The position numbers and the translations under genes are program-made. Below the pieces are notes generated by a model. It searched no databases, was not told the origin of the DNA, and worked only from the letters and a program-made list of their open reading frames with translations. Below, in pieces: positions 37,715-47,942 of a stretch of DNA of 53,767 nt. Position 1 is the first letter of the stretch; every line of letters starts with the position of its first letter. Origin of the DNA: Myxococcota bacterium (GTDB lineage: Bacteria; Myxococcota_A; UBA796; SXON01); contig JAZKFH010000028.1 of the NCBI GenBank assembly GCA_040386535.1, positions 1-53,767 on the forward strand. Direction: 5' to 3'.

Positions 37715-38674
37715 TCACGTCCCCCCCGTCTCCCCCATCAACCGCGCGTGGAGCTCGGCCCACTTCGACTCGCCCGCGTGTTTCCGGAGCACGGCCAGGA
37801 AGGCGTCCAGGTCATCGCCGGCACGCGGACCGGCGAGGCGGCGCGCGATGCCCGCGCCGAGCGTGACGGTGCGGTAGGCGTCGTCCTCGCGGCCGATCTT
37901 CCACAGGAGCGCGCCGAGGAGCACGAGCGTCTCCACGAGCTTCTGGGGGGCCGCGCGGTGCTTCACGGCGGCGGCGTGCACCCAGGGCGGGACCGGGCCG
38001 AGGGTGGCCGGGAGGTCGACGCCGCGCAGGGTCTCGTCGAGAAGCGTCACGAGATCGAAGCTCGTCGCGAGTTGACCGAGCTTCGCCCACCCCTGGCTCC
38101 GCACCACGCCCTTGACGACGCCGAGCCAGATGCCGGTGAGCGTCCACCGCTGCGCGATGCACAACGTCTCGAGGCGCTCGAGGTCCGCGAGGGAGCCCTC
38201 GACACCGGCCTCCGGGCGGGCCCGCGCGCGGAAGGAGAGCGCCTCCGCCAGGATCTCGGCGGGGACCCCGGGGGTCTCGATCAAGAGGTCCAGGGTGGTG
38301 CGGCCCTCGGCCACACGGTTCTTCAGGAGCGCGTAGCGCGCCTCCAACAGGTCGCGGGCGGGGCCGTAGGGCAGGCCCACGAGGAACGGCTCGGCGGCGT
38401 CCGGCTGGTTGGTCTCCAGGTACGCGGCGCAAGTCACCGCGGCGACACGCTGCGGGTCGGCCCCCGCCGCCTCGGCCTCGGCCACGACCTCGAGGGCGCG
38501 GATCGGATCGATCGGGCGCAAGAGCTCGGCGAGCCGGACGAGCGCGGGCCCGCGTCGAGGATCGGCCGAGAGGAGCCCATGGATCCAGCCCTCCAGCGCC
38601 ATCCCGTACGGCATGCCGTCGAGCAGCACGAGGGGGCGCGACGCCTCGTCGAGGGGGGTCCGAGTGGGCGTCAT
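37715..38674 (-). CDS. Helical TPR-like hypothetical protein
   Basis: 319 aa from ATG 38674; ATGA overlap with the upstream gene; Ala/Leu-rich helical repeats. Confidence 0.7.
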   Translation of the reverse strand: MTPTRTPLDEASRPLVLLDGMPYGMALEGWIHGLLSADPRRGPALVRLAELLRPIDPIRALEVVAEAEAAGADPQRVAAVTCAAYLETNQPDAAEPFLVGLPYGPARDLLEARYALLKNRVAEGRTTLDLLIETPGVPAEILAEALSFRARARPEAGVEGSLADLERLETLCIAQRWTLTGIWLGVVKGVVRSQGWAKLGQLATSFDLVTLLDETLRGVDLPATLGPVPPWVHAAAVKHRAAPQKLVETLVLLGALLWKIGREDDAYRTVTLGAGIARRLAGPRAGDDLDAFLAVLRKHAGESKWAELHARLMGETGGT

Positions 38675-39309
38675 CGCGCTCGCTCGGTGACGCCGGGAGC
38701 GCGGGCGAGCGCGTCGCGCACGTCCACGAGGCCCTCCATCGCGGCCTGGATCGTGGGGGCGTCGGCGTCGAGGTCCACCCAGGTCTGGACGAGCAGCCCG
38801 TGCCAGTCGGCGGGCCAACGCGAGCGGATGAGGACGCGCGTGGGCGCCTCGGCGGTGAACGTGTCGAACAGGGTGTAGGCGAAGCGGCCGCCCAGACGGG
38901 CGTTGATCGCCGCATCCAGCTCGGGGGTGAGCGTGGCGCGGATCCTGGTGGCGGCGGGCTCCGCCCCCGTCACGCGGGGGGCGCCATCGGGGGTTATCAG
39001 CACGCCCCCACTCGCGATGTCGAGGGCGAGACCGGCCTCGGACAGGATGTCGATGCGCCGCGGGAGCAGCGAGGGGCGCTCGACCGGCATCAACAGGAAC
39101 GGGCGGCCGCGCACCTCGCCGCCGCAGGCGATGTACTCCGGAGACGGGCCCTGGAGAGGCGAGAAGCCCAGGGCGGCGCAGGTCTCCTCGAAGTTGCCCT
39201 TCTTCCCGGCGATGAACGACGGGCGTATGAATAGGACGACGAGGAGACCGACGACCACGGAGAAGCCGACCATCCCGCAGACGATGACAACGGACGTCAT
39301 CCTCTTCAC
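38671..39309 (-). CDS. Single-TM hypothetical protein, coupled to the giant DUF4157 gene
   Basis: N-terminal TM (VVIVCGMVGFSVVVGLLVVLFI); GTGA overlap with the giant gene; ATG 39300 is an alternative start. Confidence 0.75.
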   Translation of the reverse strand: MKRMTSVVIVCGMVGFSVVVGLLVVLFIRPSFIAGKKGNFEETCAALGFSPLQGPSPEYIACGGEVRGRPFLLMPVERPSLLPRRIDILSEAGLALDIASGGVLITPDGAPRVTGAEPAATRIRATLTPELDAAINARLGGRFAYTLFDTFTAEAPTRVLIRSRWPADWHGLLVQTWVDLDADAPTIQAAMEGLVDVRDALARAPGVTERAR

Positions 39310-42300
39310 TTCGCCCCGGGGGGCAGCGGTTGGACGGTCACGCGCACCTTGCGCCAGTCCTCGTCCCGCGACTCACCCTGCGACTGGGCCGCCACGGCCT
39401 CGCCCACGGAAGAGACGTTGACGGTCACGCCGTCCGCCTCGGCGCGGATGCGGCCGGCGACGAGATCGGCGCGGCGCCTGCCGAGCGCCTCGTTGTAGGC
39501 GTCCGTCCCCTCGACGGACGCGTGGCCCACGACCGCGACGGTGGCGCCCTGGTGCTGGCCCGCGAGCGCGACGGCGGCGTCGAGCTTGTCGGGATCGAGG
39601 ACGCCCGACGGCCCGCCGCCCGTGTTCGGGCGGTCGAACGCGAAGTGGATCTCGATCGGCGCCGGGGCCACGGCGGTAGGCTCCTCGATCGGATCGGGCT
39701 GCGGCTCCTCGACGCGCTCGGGCAGCGGCAGCGCCGCGAGGCGGGCGAGCCGCTCCTCCGCCTGCCAGAGGCCGAGCAGCGCGTCGCGTCCCTTCTGACC
39801 GCGGTAGCCGACGCATGCCTGGTAGGCTGCGTTGAGCTCGGCCAACCGCGACTCCGCGAGCGCCTGGTCGGGATGCGTCGCGTCCTGGGACACGGCGGTG
39901 TAGTTCTCCGAGAGCGCGGTGTACGCGGCGTCGATGGCCGCGAGCTCGGCGGGCGGCATGTCCGGGTAGTAGTTGCGACGCACCTGCTCGCCGTGCTGCG
40001 CCTTCCACTGGTCGACGTAGGCCTGCGCCACGGTCTTGATGTACTCGAGCCAGCGATCCTGCTTCGCCTGGGAGGTGCTCTCCTGTGCGCTCGCCGCCAT
40101 CTCGCGGAGCCAGCTGGCCGCGCCGGTGAAGTCGAGCGGGATGCGCCCGTCCCACGCGGTGAAGGTCTCGGTGGCCATCTGCACGAGCCGCTGCATCTGC
40201 GCGAGCTCGTCGTTCAGCATCGTCTCGACCTCGCCACCCGCGGCGATGGCCTCCTGGACCTCCAGGAGCTTCGCCTGGGCCCAGGCCACCATCTCGTCGA
40301 GCTTCGCGTCGATGCCGTCGCGGATGCGCGCCTTCATGTCGCGCGCCATGTTCGCCGCGCTCTGGATGGTGCGATTGACGCCGTCGATCGCCCACTTGTA
40401 GAGGCGCTCGGGCACCCAGTCCGGGATGCCGAGGGAGGCGGCGGTGATCTGGAAGCCCTCCACGGACGCGATCATCGGGTCGATCATCTCGTCGACCGCC
40501 CCGCCCTGATCCGCCCAGCTGCCAACCTGGGTCATGAAGGACTGCACGTCCCCCACCATGGTGCGCATCGTCTCGAGGCTGACGCGCTGCTGCTGGATCT
40601 TGTCGTTCAGTTCGGTGAGCCACTCGTCGAGCATCGGCTTGTGCTCGGAGATCCACCCGTTGACGTTGTCGATGAAGGGCTGCGCGATCCCGGTCAGCGC
40701 GCTCTCGGCGAGATCCGCGAGGCCGCTCACGGCGTTGAGCCCGCCGTCGCCCAGCGCCGTCATCGCGTAGCGCATGCCGGCGAAGTTCAGGCGGATCCAC
40801 TCGCTCGGGCTCGTCGCGATGTTGAGGCCGGTGAGCACCCAGCTCCCGCTCTCCGGGGCCACGATCTTGTTGATGACGTCCTGGTGCCACAGGGGCGCCT
40901 CGCCTTCGAGCGCGGCCCAGTCGGTGTCCATCGTCGCGACCGTGCCCGCACGCGCGGCGCCGATCTGACGCGCGGCGTCGGTGCCGGACGCCTGGAGCTG
41001 CGAGCGCCCGATGTAGTGGCCGCCCATGAAACCGTCGTCGTCGCGCTTCATCGCGTCGCCGAAGCCGGAGGCCGCGAGCAGGTTGTTGTAGCCCTTGCCG
41101 ACGCCCATCAGCGTGTCGAGCGAGGTGCCGCTGCGGTCCACCACGTTTCCGGCGGTCTCGAAACCGTTCTTGCCGGCGATGGCGCCGAGGGTGTCGAGGA
41201 ACGTCTTGCCGCCCTTGCCGAGGAGCTCCGACATGTTGGCGGGGGCGCCGCCGGGGACGATGCCGACCGTCGCGGTCGAGGTGGCGCTCGCGATGGCCTT
41301 GAGGATGCTGGTCACCGAGCGGATCGCGCTGCCACGTGCCGAATCGCGGAAGAACGCGGCGCGCTGGAAGTTGCCCTGGGTCTCGTGGTTGTTGGCCTGG
41401 ATGACGTTGTAGACGGTGAACGCCGTGTCGAAGGTGGCGAGGAACACGTTGCAGAAGGTCGCGACGGCCTGGCTGCCGGTCGCCAGGGCCGCGGCCGGCA
41501 CGCCCACGATCTCGCTCACCCCGGCCACGAACGGCGCGAGGACGTGCGCCCCGTCTTGCACGGCGGTGCAGAGGTCGCCGAAGTTGCCGGCGATCCCGCC
41601 CACCGCGCTCACCGCGTGGCGGACGCCGATGAGCACCGCGCCGAGCGTGTCGCCGTTCTCCGAGTACTGCCCACACTCCTTCCACGCGTCCTTGAGGCCG
41701 CCGAGCGCGTGGAACACGATGCCGACGCCCGGGATCGACTTGGCGAACTCCAGGAAGAAGGCGTCGAGGAGCCCCGCGCCGAGCCCGACGAGGAGGTTGG
41801 CACCGGCGCGTACGCCGGGTGACACCGACGGCGGCAACCAACGGTCGGTCTCGGTCGCGATGGCGTCCGGGTACACGCCGAACTCGGCGGTCTTCGCCGC
41901 GAGATCGGACTGGTCCCAGTGGGTCGCCATGTAGTGGTCGACCAGCCCGTCCGTCTCGCGCTTCTGCCCCAGGTTGGCCGGGGCCGACGTGCCCGCGGGG
42001 AGGCGCTCGGGGAGCGTCCGCGACTGGCTCGAGGTGTCGGGCACCTCCGCCGGGCCCTGGCGCGCCGGCTGCAACAAGGACGTGCCCGGCGCCTCCGTCT
42101 CGGGCACGGGCGGGACGGCGTCCGCGGCCGGCGCCTGGGTCACCGTCACGGGCTGCACGGTGCCCTGGCGGGCCTCGGCCTCGTCGATCTGGGCCTGCTG
42201 CTGCGGGGTGAGCGTGGTCTCCCCTTCCTGCGGATGCAGCTGCGCCACCGCGTCATCCGCGGCCTGATCCGCCGCCAGCTCGTCCGGGCTCCCTGGCCGC

Positions 42301-45300
42301 GTGGTCGTCAGGTCCCGCTTGGCTACGCCCGCGCTCCCGCGGCCGCGCTGCTGCGTCACGTGGGCGAGCTCGTGCGCGATGAGGTGGTCGCCCTCCTCCG
42401 AGCCCGGCTGGAACTGGCCCGCGCCGAAGAACACCTGCGACCCGAACGCGAACGCCTTGGCGTTGAAGCCCGCCGCGGCCTCGTTCCCCTCGGCGCCGGT
42501 GTGGATCTCCACCCCCGAGAAGCTCGTCCCGAACGCCTTCTCCATGCGCGACTGCACGTTGGTCGGCATGGGTGCGCCGCCCTCGAGCAGCGACGGATCG
42601 AGGCGCTTGGGCGCGCTCGACGGCATCGCGCCCGCCATCTCCGGGTTCACCGTGCCGCCCACGCCGCCGTCGCTTTCGGCCTTCTTGGCGATTTCGGCCT
42701 TCTTCTTCTCGATGTCCTCGAGTTCCTTGTCGCCCGCGGTCTTCTGGCCCGTGCGCGCCGCCTCGTGGCCGGACGCCCACCCGCTCATCGTGGAGACCGC
42801 GCCCGCGTGGCGCGCCTTCTCCTCGCCCTGCTTGCCCTGGAGGGTCGAGATCTTCTCGGCGATCTGGCCGTCGGCGCTCACCAGCTCGGCGGTGCCGGCC
42901 TCGGTCTCGGTGATCGCGGTGGCGACGCCCGTGTCGAGCGTCGTGAGCGCGGTGTCGGCCTCGGTGGTGTCCGCGTTCGCCGTCTCCGTGGTGGTGCGCA
43001 TCTCGTCGACCGCGGTCTTGTCCGCGTCCGACTTGTCCTTCGTGGCGGTGCCCGAGTCGTTCGCGCCCTTCACGCCCTCGCCGATCTTCGTCGCGCCGCC
43101 CGCGGCGTTGCTGCCCGCGGAGGTCAGCCGCGAGGGGATCATCCCGCACATGTCGGCGAACTTCACGACGAAGTTGGCGATGGTGCCGATCACCTTGCCG
43201 GTGGTGCCCGAGAGCTTGTCACCCTGGCCGGACTGTTCGGTGATTTTCGTGTCAGCCGCGGTCTGGTTCTGCTGCTTGGTCGTCAGATCCGTCTTCTGGG
43301 TGGTGACGCTCTCCTTGTTGGCCGCGACGGTGGTCTTCTCCTCGTCCAGCTTGGTCTTGGTGGTCTGGGCGTCGGTCTGCAGCTCCTTGTTGAGCTCGGA
43401 CTGGGCCTTGAGCGCCTCGATCTCCTTGGCGTAGGCGTACCAGGTGTTGTCCGCCGTATCGAGCACGCTCTCCTGGTCCGCCGGGGCGTCCGTGAGCTCG
43501 CCGGTGGCGGAGATGTGCTTGGCGTCGAATTCCTTGAGACGGGCGGCCAGCTCGGCCTTCTCCTTCTCGACGAACTCCTTGTTTCGTTTGTCGTAGTTGT
43601 CGTTGCCGGCGGCGTCCTTGCCGATGAGTCCGCCGGTCATGCCCGACTTGGCACGGTCCATGATGCCGACCTGCGCGGGCTTGCCGTCGGCGTCGAGCCG
43701 CGGCGTCCCGTCGGGGTTCACGGCCGCAACCGACGTCGCGCCGCTGGTCTTCTCGGACAGCCACTTGCCGGCGCCGGTGCCCGCCAACCCGCTCGGATCC
43801 TTGCTCTCCGGGCCCCCGCCGCGGAGGAACTCGGTGATGGACTTGTTCGCGCCGGTCGGACCGGTGGGCTTCTCGAATTCGCTGGTGGAGCCGTTGAGGA
43901 TCCCCTGCACCGGCCCCACACCCGCGCCGCCGTAGCCGCCCGTGCCGTCGTGCCCGTAGCCGTTGGCCGGCAGGTCCTGCGCGGAGGACGTGTTGCGGCC
44001 CAGGTTCTTGAGCCGGAAGCCGTCGGCCGTGTCCTTGACGCCGTCGCTGACGGACTTCTTCGCCTCGCGGCCCGCGTCCCTCAGTTGGTTCGTGATCTGG
44101 GAGATCAGCGTCTTCTTCTGCGCGTCGGTCGACCCGGTGGCGGGCGTGGGGGTGTTGCCCTCCCAGCCGAGGCGCTTGACGACCGGAAGTTCGTCGTAGT
44201 CGGCGAGCTTCTTCGAGGAGCCGCGGTCGAGCGGGTTGGCCGAGCCGGTGGCCGTCTGCTCGTCGTAGAACTCCTTGTGGCTGTCGCCCTTTCGCTTCTG
44301 ATCGTAGTTGGAGTTGGCCTGGTTGCGCTGGGCGGCGGCCTGCTTCTTCGAGATCTTGCCCGACTCCTCGGCCGCCTTGATGGCGTCGAGCTTGGCCTTG
44401 TGCGCCGCCTCGGTCTCCTGGTGGCCCTTCTCGGTGAGGGTCTTCCCGTCGCTCGTCTTCTGTTGGTTCGCGCCCAGGCGCCGCTCCAATTGGAGCTTGC
44501 GGTTCTGGATGTCCATGTTCCCGTAGATGTCGGGCCGGGACTTGACGAGCGCCTCGTCGATGCTGCCGTCGGGCTTGCGCGCGGCGGGCGTGTTCATCGC
44601 CTTGCTGACATTGGCCGTGATCTGGCGCTTGTTGCTGCCGAACATTCCGTCGGCGTTTCCGTGTTGGGCGATGACATCGGTCATCGCCTTGAGCGTGGAC
44701 TCCTTCGGCTTGGCGCTGGGGGTGTAGATCGCGGCGACGAAGTGGTCGTCCTTCTGCGTCTTGTTCCCGTTGCGATCGGTGTGCTCGAACTTGCCGTCCT
44801 TGACACCCTTGACGTAGCCCTTCTCCATGCCCAGGCCGTCGCCCATCTTCTCGCCGGTCGTCGAGCCGCGAACGTCCTTGTTCTTGGTGACACCCTGCAC
44901 GCCACGCGGCCCCACCGTGCCCCGCCCATGCAGCCCGCTCTCCTGGGTGACACGCACCACGGCGTTGTCTTCTTCCCCCGGCGCGAGCTTCTTGCCCTGC
45001 TCGAATTCGGCGAGCCGGCGCTCGGCCAGCTTCATCTGCTTCGCCATCGCGCGATCGGCCGGGTCGGTCGACTTCTCCAATTGACGCCGCACCGACTTGC
45101 GCTCGGCCTTGCTGGCACCTTCCCAGAAGTCCGGATCCGCGGCCTTCTTGCGGATGCCGTCCGTGCTCATGTCCCGATCGCCGAACGCGGTGCCCTTGTC
45201 CTTGACGAGTCCCTTGCCCTCGTTGTTGGCGGCCATCGCCTCGCGGTTCGCCTTGATGTTCGCGAGCAGCTGCGGGTTCTTGGACGCGGCGGTGGTCTCG

Positions 45301-47825
45301 CCCTTGGATTTGGTCGCCGCTTCCTTCTTGTCGAGGTGCCGGCCGTAGCGGTCCTTGGTGTTCTGTGTCGCGGCGTTGGGATCCGCCTTGGTCATCGCGT
45401 CGAAGCGGCCGCGGTCAGAGAGGGTCTTGTCCTTGTTGGCCGCGCGCATGTCCTTGAGCTGGCCGACGGTGCCCGTGGAGCCGGTCGACTTGTCGCCGAA
45501 CGTCGCCTTGCGCTGATCATTCATCGCGCCGAGGCCGGTGATCTCCGAGCCGATCTTGGCCGCGCGGCTCTTCCAGCTCTGCTTCTGGCTGCTCGCCTGG
45601 TTCCCGCCGCTGCCACCGCCGGGGCTGCCCGAGGTGGGCGCGGCCGGATCGGGCGTGTCGCCCTTCTTCGCGTTGTTCGCCACCTTCTGCTGGAGCTTGG
45701 CACCCTGGCGCTTGGTGAAGTCCTCCGACCAGGACTGTGTCATCGCCTTGAGCTTGGCCGCGCGCTCGGCTTGGGTGGCCGGATCGGCATCGCTCACGGC
45801 GATCTGCACCGCACGACACACCACCACGATCATGCGCAGGATGTTGATCCCGAGCCCGACGATGGTGTTGATCTCGCCGAGGAGCAGGCCCCACTTGGCT
45901 GCGAGGAGCACGAACGGGATGAGCGCGGGGCAGATGAACGACAGGATGAAGCCCGCCGCCGCCACGATCATGCACACGGTCGACGCGAGGCCGATGATGT
46001 TGTTCAGGCCCTCGAGGATCGAGATGACCCCCTCGAACTTGTCGATCCAATCGCTCTTGTCGGAGGTGAGCTTGTCGAAGCCCTCGCCGACCTTGCCACC
46101 GATGCCCTTGACGACGGTGTCTTCCCACCACTTCTTCGGGTCGTAGGCGATCTGCGCCATGGCGATGAAGCCGGCGGCGTAGGGGATGCTCTTGGTCGCC
46201 TTGTTCAGGACGGTGTCGATGAGCATCGCCTGGGCGCCGTTGACGAAGCCCTCCGCGCCGCCCGAGAGCAGCGCGTCGCCGATGAGCCCGGCCTTGTCGC
46301 CCGCGCCCACGGTGTTGACGCTGCCGGTCTGCCCGCCGCCCGCCTTCCAGACGTCGTGCCACGCTTTTTCGTTCGAGTAGGACTGGAGCGGCCCGCCGGT
46401 GAGCTGCCCGTAGGTGCCCATGCCGCTGGCGCCGACACCCCCGCCACCACCACCGCCGCCGCCCCCGGTCTGGACCTCGGTGCCGCCGCCGCCCGTCGTC
46501 TTGGCCTCGCCCTCGGTCTCCGCGGTGCCCGGGGGGGTCTCGCCCGGCACGACGGCCTCGGTCTCGGCCGGCTTGGGGGAGTTGTTGCCCTGGGTCTCGG
46601 CCTTCTTGGCCTCCTTGTCGAGGGCGGCCTCGTCGGGGTTGCCCTCCTTGTCGCACACCAGCTTGTCGCCCTTCGGGCTCTGCAGGTAGTACCCGCCGTT
46701 TCCGTCCGGGTAGATGGTGACGACCGTGCCGTCCTCGAGCTTCTTCGAGCGCGGCTTCTCTTCCTTGTCGGTGTCCTCGCCTTGGGGCGGCTTGGTGTCG
46801 CGCGCGAGCACACCGCCACCGCCGGATGAGGCAGCGGCGCCCATCTCGGAGCCCCCTTCCAGGGACAGCCCAGCGTCGATCCCACCGTCGAGCGCCAAAC
46901 CACCTTCCAGCGACGGCGCCGGCCCGCGCATCACGTCCCGCGCGGTGGACACGGCCTCGAGCTCGCGCGCGTCCCCCGGGGAGGACACGGCCATGCCGTC
47001 GACCGTCTCGCCGCCGTCGGAGCGCGCGTCGCCACCGCGGTTTTGCAGGACATGGGTGAGCTCGTGCGCGAGCAGCTCCAGGCCCTGCGGATCGCCGGGG
47101 CGGAACTCGCCGCGGCCGAACCAGATCTCGTTGCCGACGGTGTAGGCGCGGGCCTGCACCGCGTCGGCCGCGGCCTGGGCGGCGCCGTCGGTGTGCACGA
47201 TCACGTCCCCGAAGCGCTCGCCGAAGCGCGCCTCCATCTCGGCGCGCACGCCGTCCGGCAGGGGCCGCGCGCCCGAGCGGGCCGCGCGCTCCACCAGCTG
47301 GGGGGCCCGCCCGCCGCCGCCCTGCCGCGACGCGTCGCGCGCGAGGGCGCGGTCGACCGTGCCGCCGCTCGCGAACCCGCTCTCCACCGACCCGCCGCCC
47401 GAGAGGCCGACGCCCGAGAAGCCGCCGCCCACGGCGTCCGCGAAGCCCAGGCTGCCGACGTTGGCGCCGAAGCCGAACAGATTGTCCGTCGCGAGGCTGC
47501 CCGCCCCGTCCGCATCGAACCCGCCGCCCGCGGGCGCGAGCAGGCGGATCAGCGCGGAGTTCCCCAGCACGTCCCGCACGTCGCTGCCGACGGAGACCCC
47601 GATCGCGCCGTAGGCCAGCGCGGCGTGGAGCACGGCCTCGGGCCCGTCGGTGGCCTCGCCGCGCAGGGCGGCCCCGACGGCGCGATTGCCGAACACCAGG
47701 TGGGCCGACGCGACGAAGGCGGCGTGGCCCTCGACCGGAGTGGTTGCCGGCCGGGCGACCTCCTCCTCGCGGAGGGGGCCGACGACGCGAGAGGAATCCC
47801 GGCTCTTTCTGTCGAGGCGCAGCAT
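39306..47825 (-). CDS. Giant protein with two DUF4157 (eCIS-core-like HExxH) domains, two hydrophobic regions, coiled coils and C-terminal OmpA domain
   Basis: DUF4157-type motifs at ~47275-47044 (VIVHTD...ARAYTVG...LLAHELTHVLQ) and ~42580-42350 (VEIHTG...AKAFAFG...LIAHELAHVTQ); OmpA motif VVGHASVEGTDAYNEALGRRRA...WRKV at ~39660-39330; ATG 47825 gives 2839 aa. Confidence 0.85.
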   Translation of the reverse strand: MLRLDRKSRDSSRVVGPLREEEVARPATTPVEGHAAFVASAHLVFGNRAVGAALRGEATDGPEAVLHAALAYGAIGVSVGSDVRDVLGNSALIRLLAPAGGGFDADGAGSLATDNLFGFGANVGSLGFADAVGGGFSGVGLSGGGSVESGFASGGTVDRALARDASRQGGGGRAPQLVERAARSGARPLPDGVRAEMEARFGERFGDVIVHTDGAAQAAADAVQARAYTVGNEIWFGRGEFRPGDPQGLELLAHELTHVLQNRGGDARSDGGETVDGMAVSSPGDARELEAVSTARDVMRGPAPSLEGGLALDGGIDAGLSLEGGSEMGAAASSGGGGVLARDTKPPQGEDTDKEEKPRSKKLEDGTVVTIYPDGNGGYYLQSPKGDKLVCDKEGNPDEAALDKEAKKAETQGNNSPKPAETEAVVPGETPPGTAETEGEAKTTGGGGTEVQTGGGGGGGGGGVGASGMGTYGQLTGGPLQSYSNEKAWHDVWKAGGGQTGSVNTVGAGDKAGLIGDALLSGGAEGFVNGAQAMLIDTVLNKATKSIPYAAGFIAMAQIAYDPKKWWEDTVVKGIGGKVGEGFDKLTSDKSDWIDKFEGVISILEGLNNIIGLASTVCMIVAAAGFILSFICPALIPFVLLAAKWGLLLGEINTIVGLGINILRMIVVVCRAVQIAVSDADPATQAERAAKLKAMTQSWSEDFTKRQGAKLQQKVANNAKKGDTPDPAAPTSGSPGGGSGGNQASSQKQSWKSRAAKIGSEITGLGAMNDQRKATFGDKSTGSTGTVGQLKDMRAANKDKTLSDRGRFDAMTKADPNAATQNTKDRYGRHLDKKEAATKSKGETTAASKNPQLLANIKANREAMAANNEGKGLVKDKGTAFGDRDMSTDGIRKKAADPDFWEGASKAERKSVRRQLEKSTDPADRAMAKQMKLAERRLAEFEQGKKLAPGEEDNAVVRVTQESGLHGRGTVGPRGVQGVTKNKDVRGSTTGEKMGDGLGMEKGYVKGVKDGKFEHTDRNGNKTQKDDHFVAAIYTPSAKPKESTLKAMTDVIAQHGNADGMFGSNKRQITANVSKAMNTPAARKPDGSIDEALVKSRPDIYGNMDIQNRKLQLERRLGANQQKTSDGKTLTEKGHQETEAAHKAKLDAIKAAEESGKISKKQAAAQRNQANSNYDQKRKGDSHKEFYDEQTATGSANPLDRGSSKKLADYDELPVVKRLGWEGNTPTPATGSTDAQKKTLISQITNQLRDAGREAKKSVSDGVKDTADGFRLKNLGRNTSSAQDLPANGYGHDGTGGYGGAGVGPVQGILNGSTSEFEKPTGPTGANKSITEFLRGGGPESKDPSGLAGTGAGKWLSEKTSGATSVAAVNPDGTPRLDADGKPAQVGIMDRAKSGMTGGLIGKDAAGNDNYDKRNKEFVEKEKAELAARLKEFDAKHISATGELTDAPADQESVLDTADNTWYAYAKEIEALKAQSELNKELQTDAQTTKTKLDEEKTTVAANKESVTTQKTDLTTKQQNQTAADTKITEQSGQGDKLSGTTGKVIGTIANFVVKFADMCGMIPSRLTSAGSNAAGGATKIGEGVKGANDSGTATKDKSDADKTAVDEMRTTTETANADTTEADTALTTLDTGVATAITETEAGTAELVSADGQIAEKISTLQGKQGEEKARHAGAVSTMSGWASGHEAARTGQKTAGDKELEDIEKKKAEIAKKAESDGGVGGTVNPEMAGAMPSSAPKRLDPSLLEGGAPMPTNVQSRMEKAFGTSFSGVEIHTGAEGNEAAAGFNAKAFAFGSQVFFGAGQFQPGSEEGDHLIAHELAHVTQQRGRGSAGVAKRDLTTTRPGSPDELAADQAADDAVAQLHPQEGETTLTPQQQAQIDEAEARQGTVQPVTVTQAPAADAVPPVPETEAPGTSLLQPARQGPAEVPDTSSQSRTLPERLPAGTSAPANLGQKRETDGLVDHYMATHWDQSDLAAKTAEFGVYPDAIATETDRWLPPSVSPGVRAGANLLVGLGAGLLDAFFLEFAKSIPGVGIVFHALGGLKDAWKECGQYSENGDTLGAVLIGVRHAVSAVGGIAGNFGDLCTAVQDGAHVLAPFVAGVSEIVGVPAAALATGSQAVATFCNVFLATFDTAFTVYNVIQANNHETQGNFQRAAFFRDSARGSAIRSVTSILKAIASATSTATVGIVPGGAPANMSELLGKGGKTFLDTLGAIAGKNGFETAGNVVDRSGTSLDTLMGVGKGYNNLLAASGFGDAMKRDDDGFMGGHYIGRSQLQASGTDAARQIGAARAGTVATMDTDWAALEGEAPLWHQDVINKIVAPESGSWVLTGLNIATSPSEWIRLNFAGMRYAMTALGDGGLNAVSGLADLAESALTGIAQPFIDNVNGWISEHKPMLDEWLTELNDKIQQQRVSLETMRTMVGDVQSFMTQVGSWADQGGAVDEMIDPMIASVEGFQITAASLGIPDWVPERLYKWAIDGVNRTIQSAANMARDMKARIRDGIDAKLDEMVAWAQAKLLEVQEAIAAGGEVETMLNDELAQMQRLVQMATETFTAWDGRIPLDFTGAASWLREMAASAQESTSQAKQDRWLEYIKTVAQAYVDQWKAQHGEQVRRNYYPDMPPAELAAIDAAYTALSENYTAVSQDATHPDQALAESRLAELNAAYQACVGYRGQKGRDALLGLWQAEERLARLAALPLPERVEEPQPDPIEEPTAVAPAPIEIHFAFDRPNTGGGPSGVLDPDKLDAAVALAGQHQGATVAVVGHASVEGTDAYNEALGRRRADLVAGRIRAEADGVTVNVSSVGEAVAAQSQGESRDEDWRKVRVTVQPLPPGAK

Positions 47826-47942
47826 GCGGGTGCTCGTTCGGTAGAGGTCGAGGATACCTGCTGCAACGCCGTGGTACAATACTCGGCGAACGGTTCGACG
47901 GGGCGTTCGGGGGCCCTTCGGTACGTCCCCGTCGGGTGGAGC

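Noticed and set aside
29623..46829. Long antisense ORFs such as 29623..33867 (-) and 41919..46829 (+), and similar shadows elsewhere
   Set aside because: Typical stop-poor shadow frames of high-GC genes, with no motifs.
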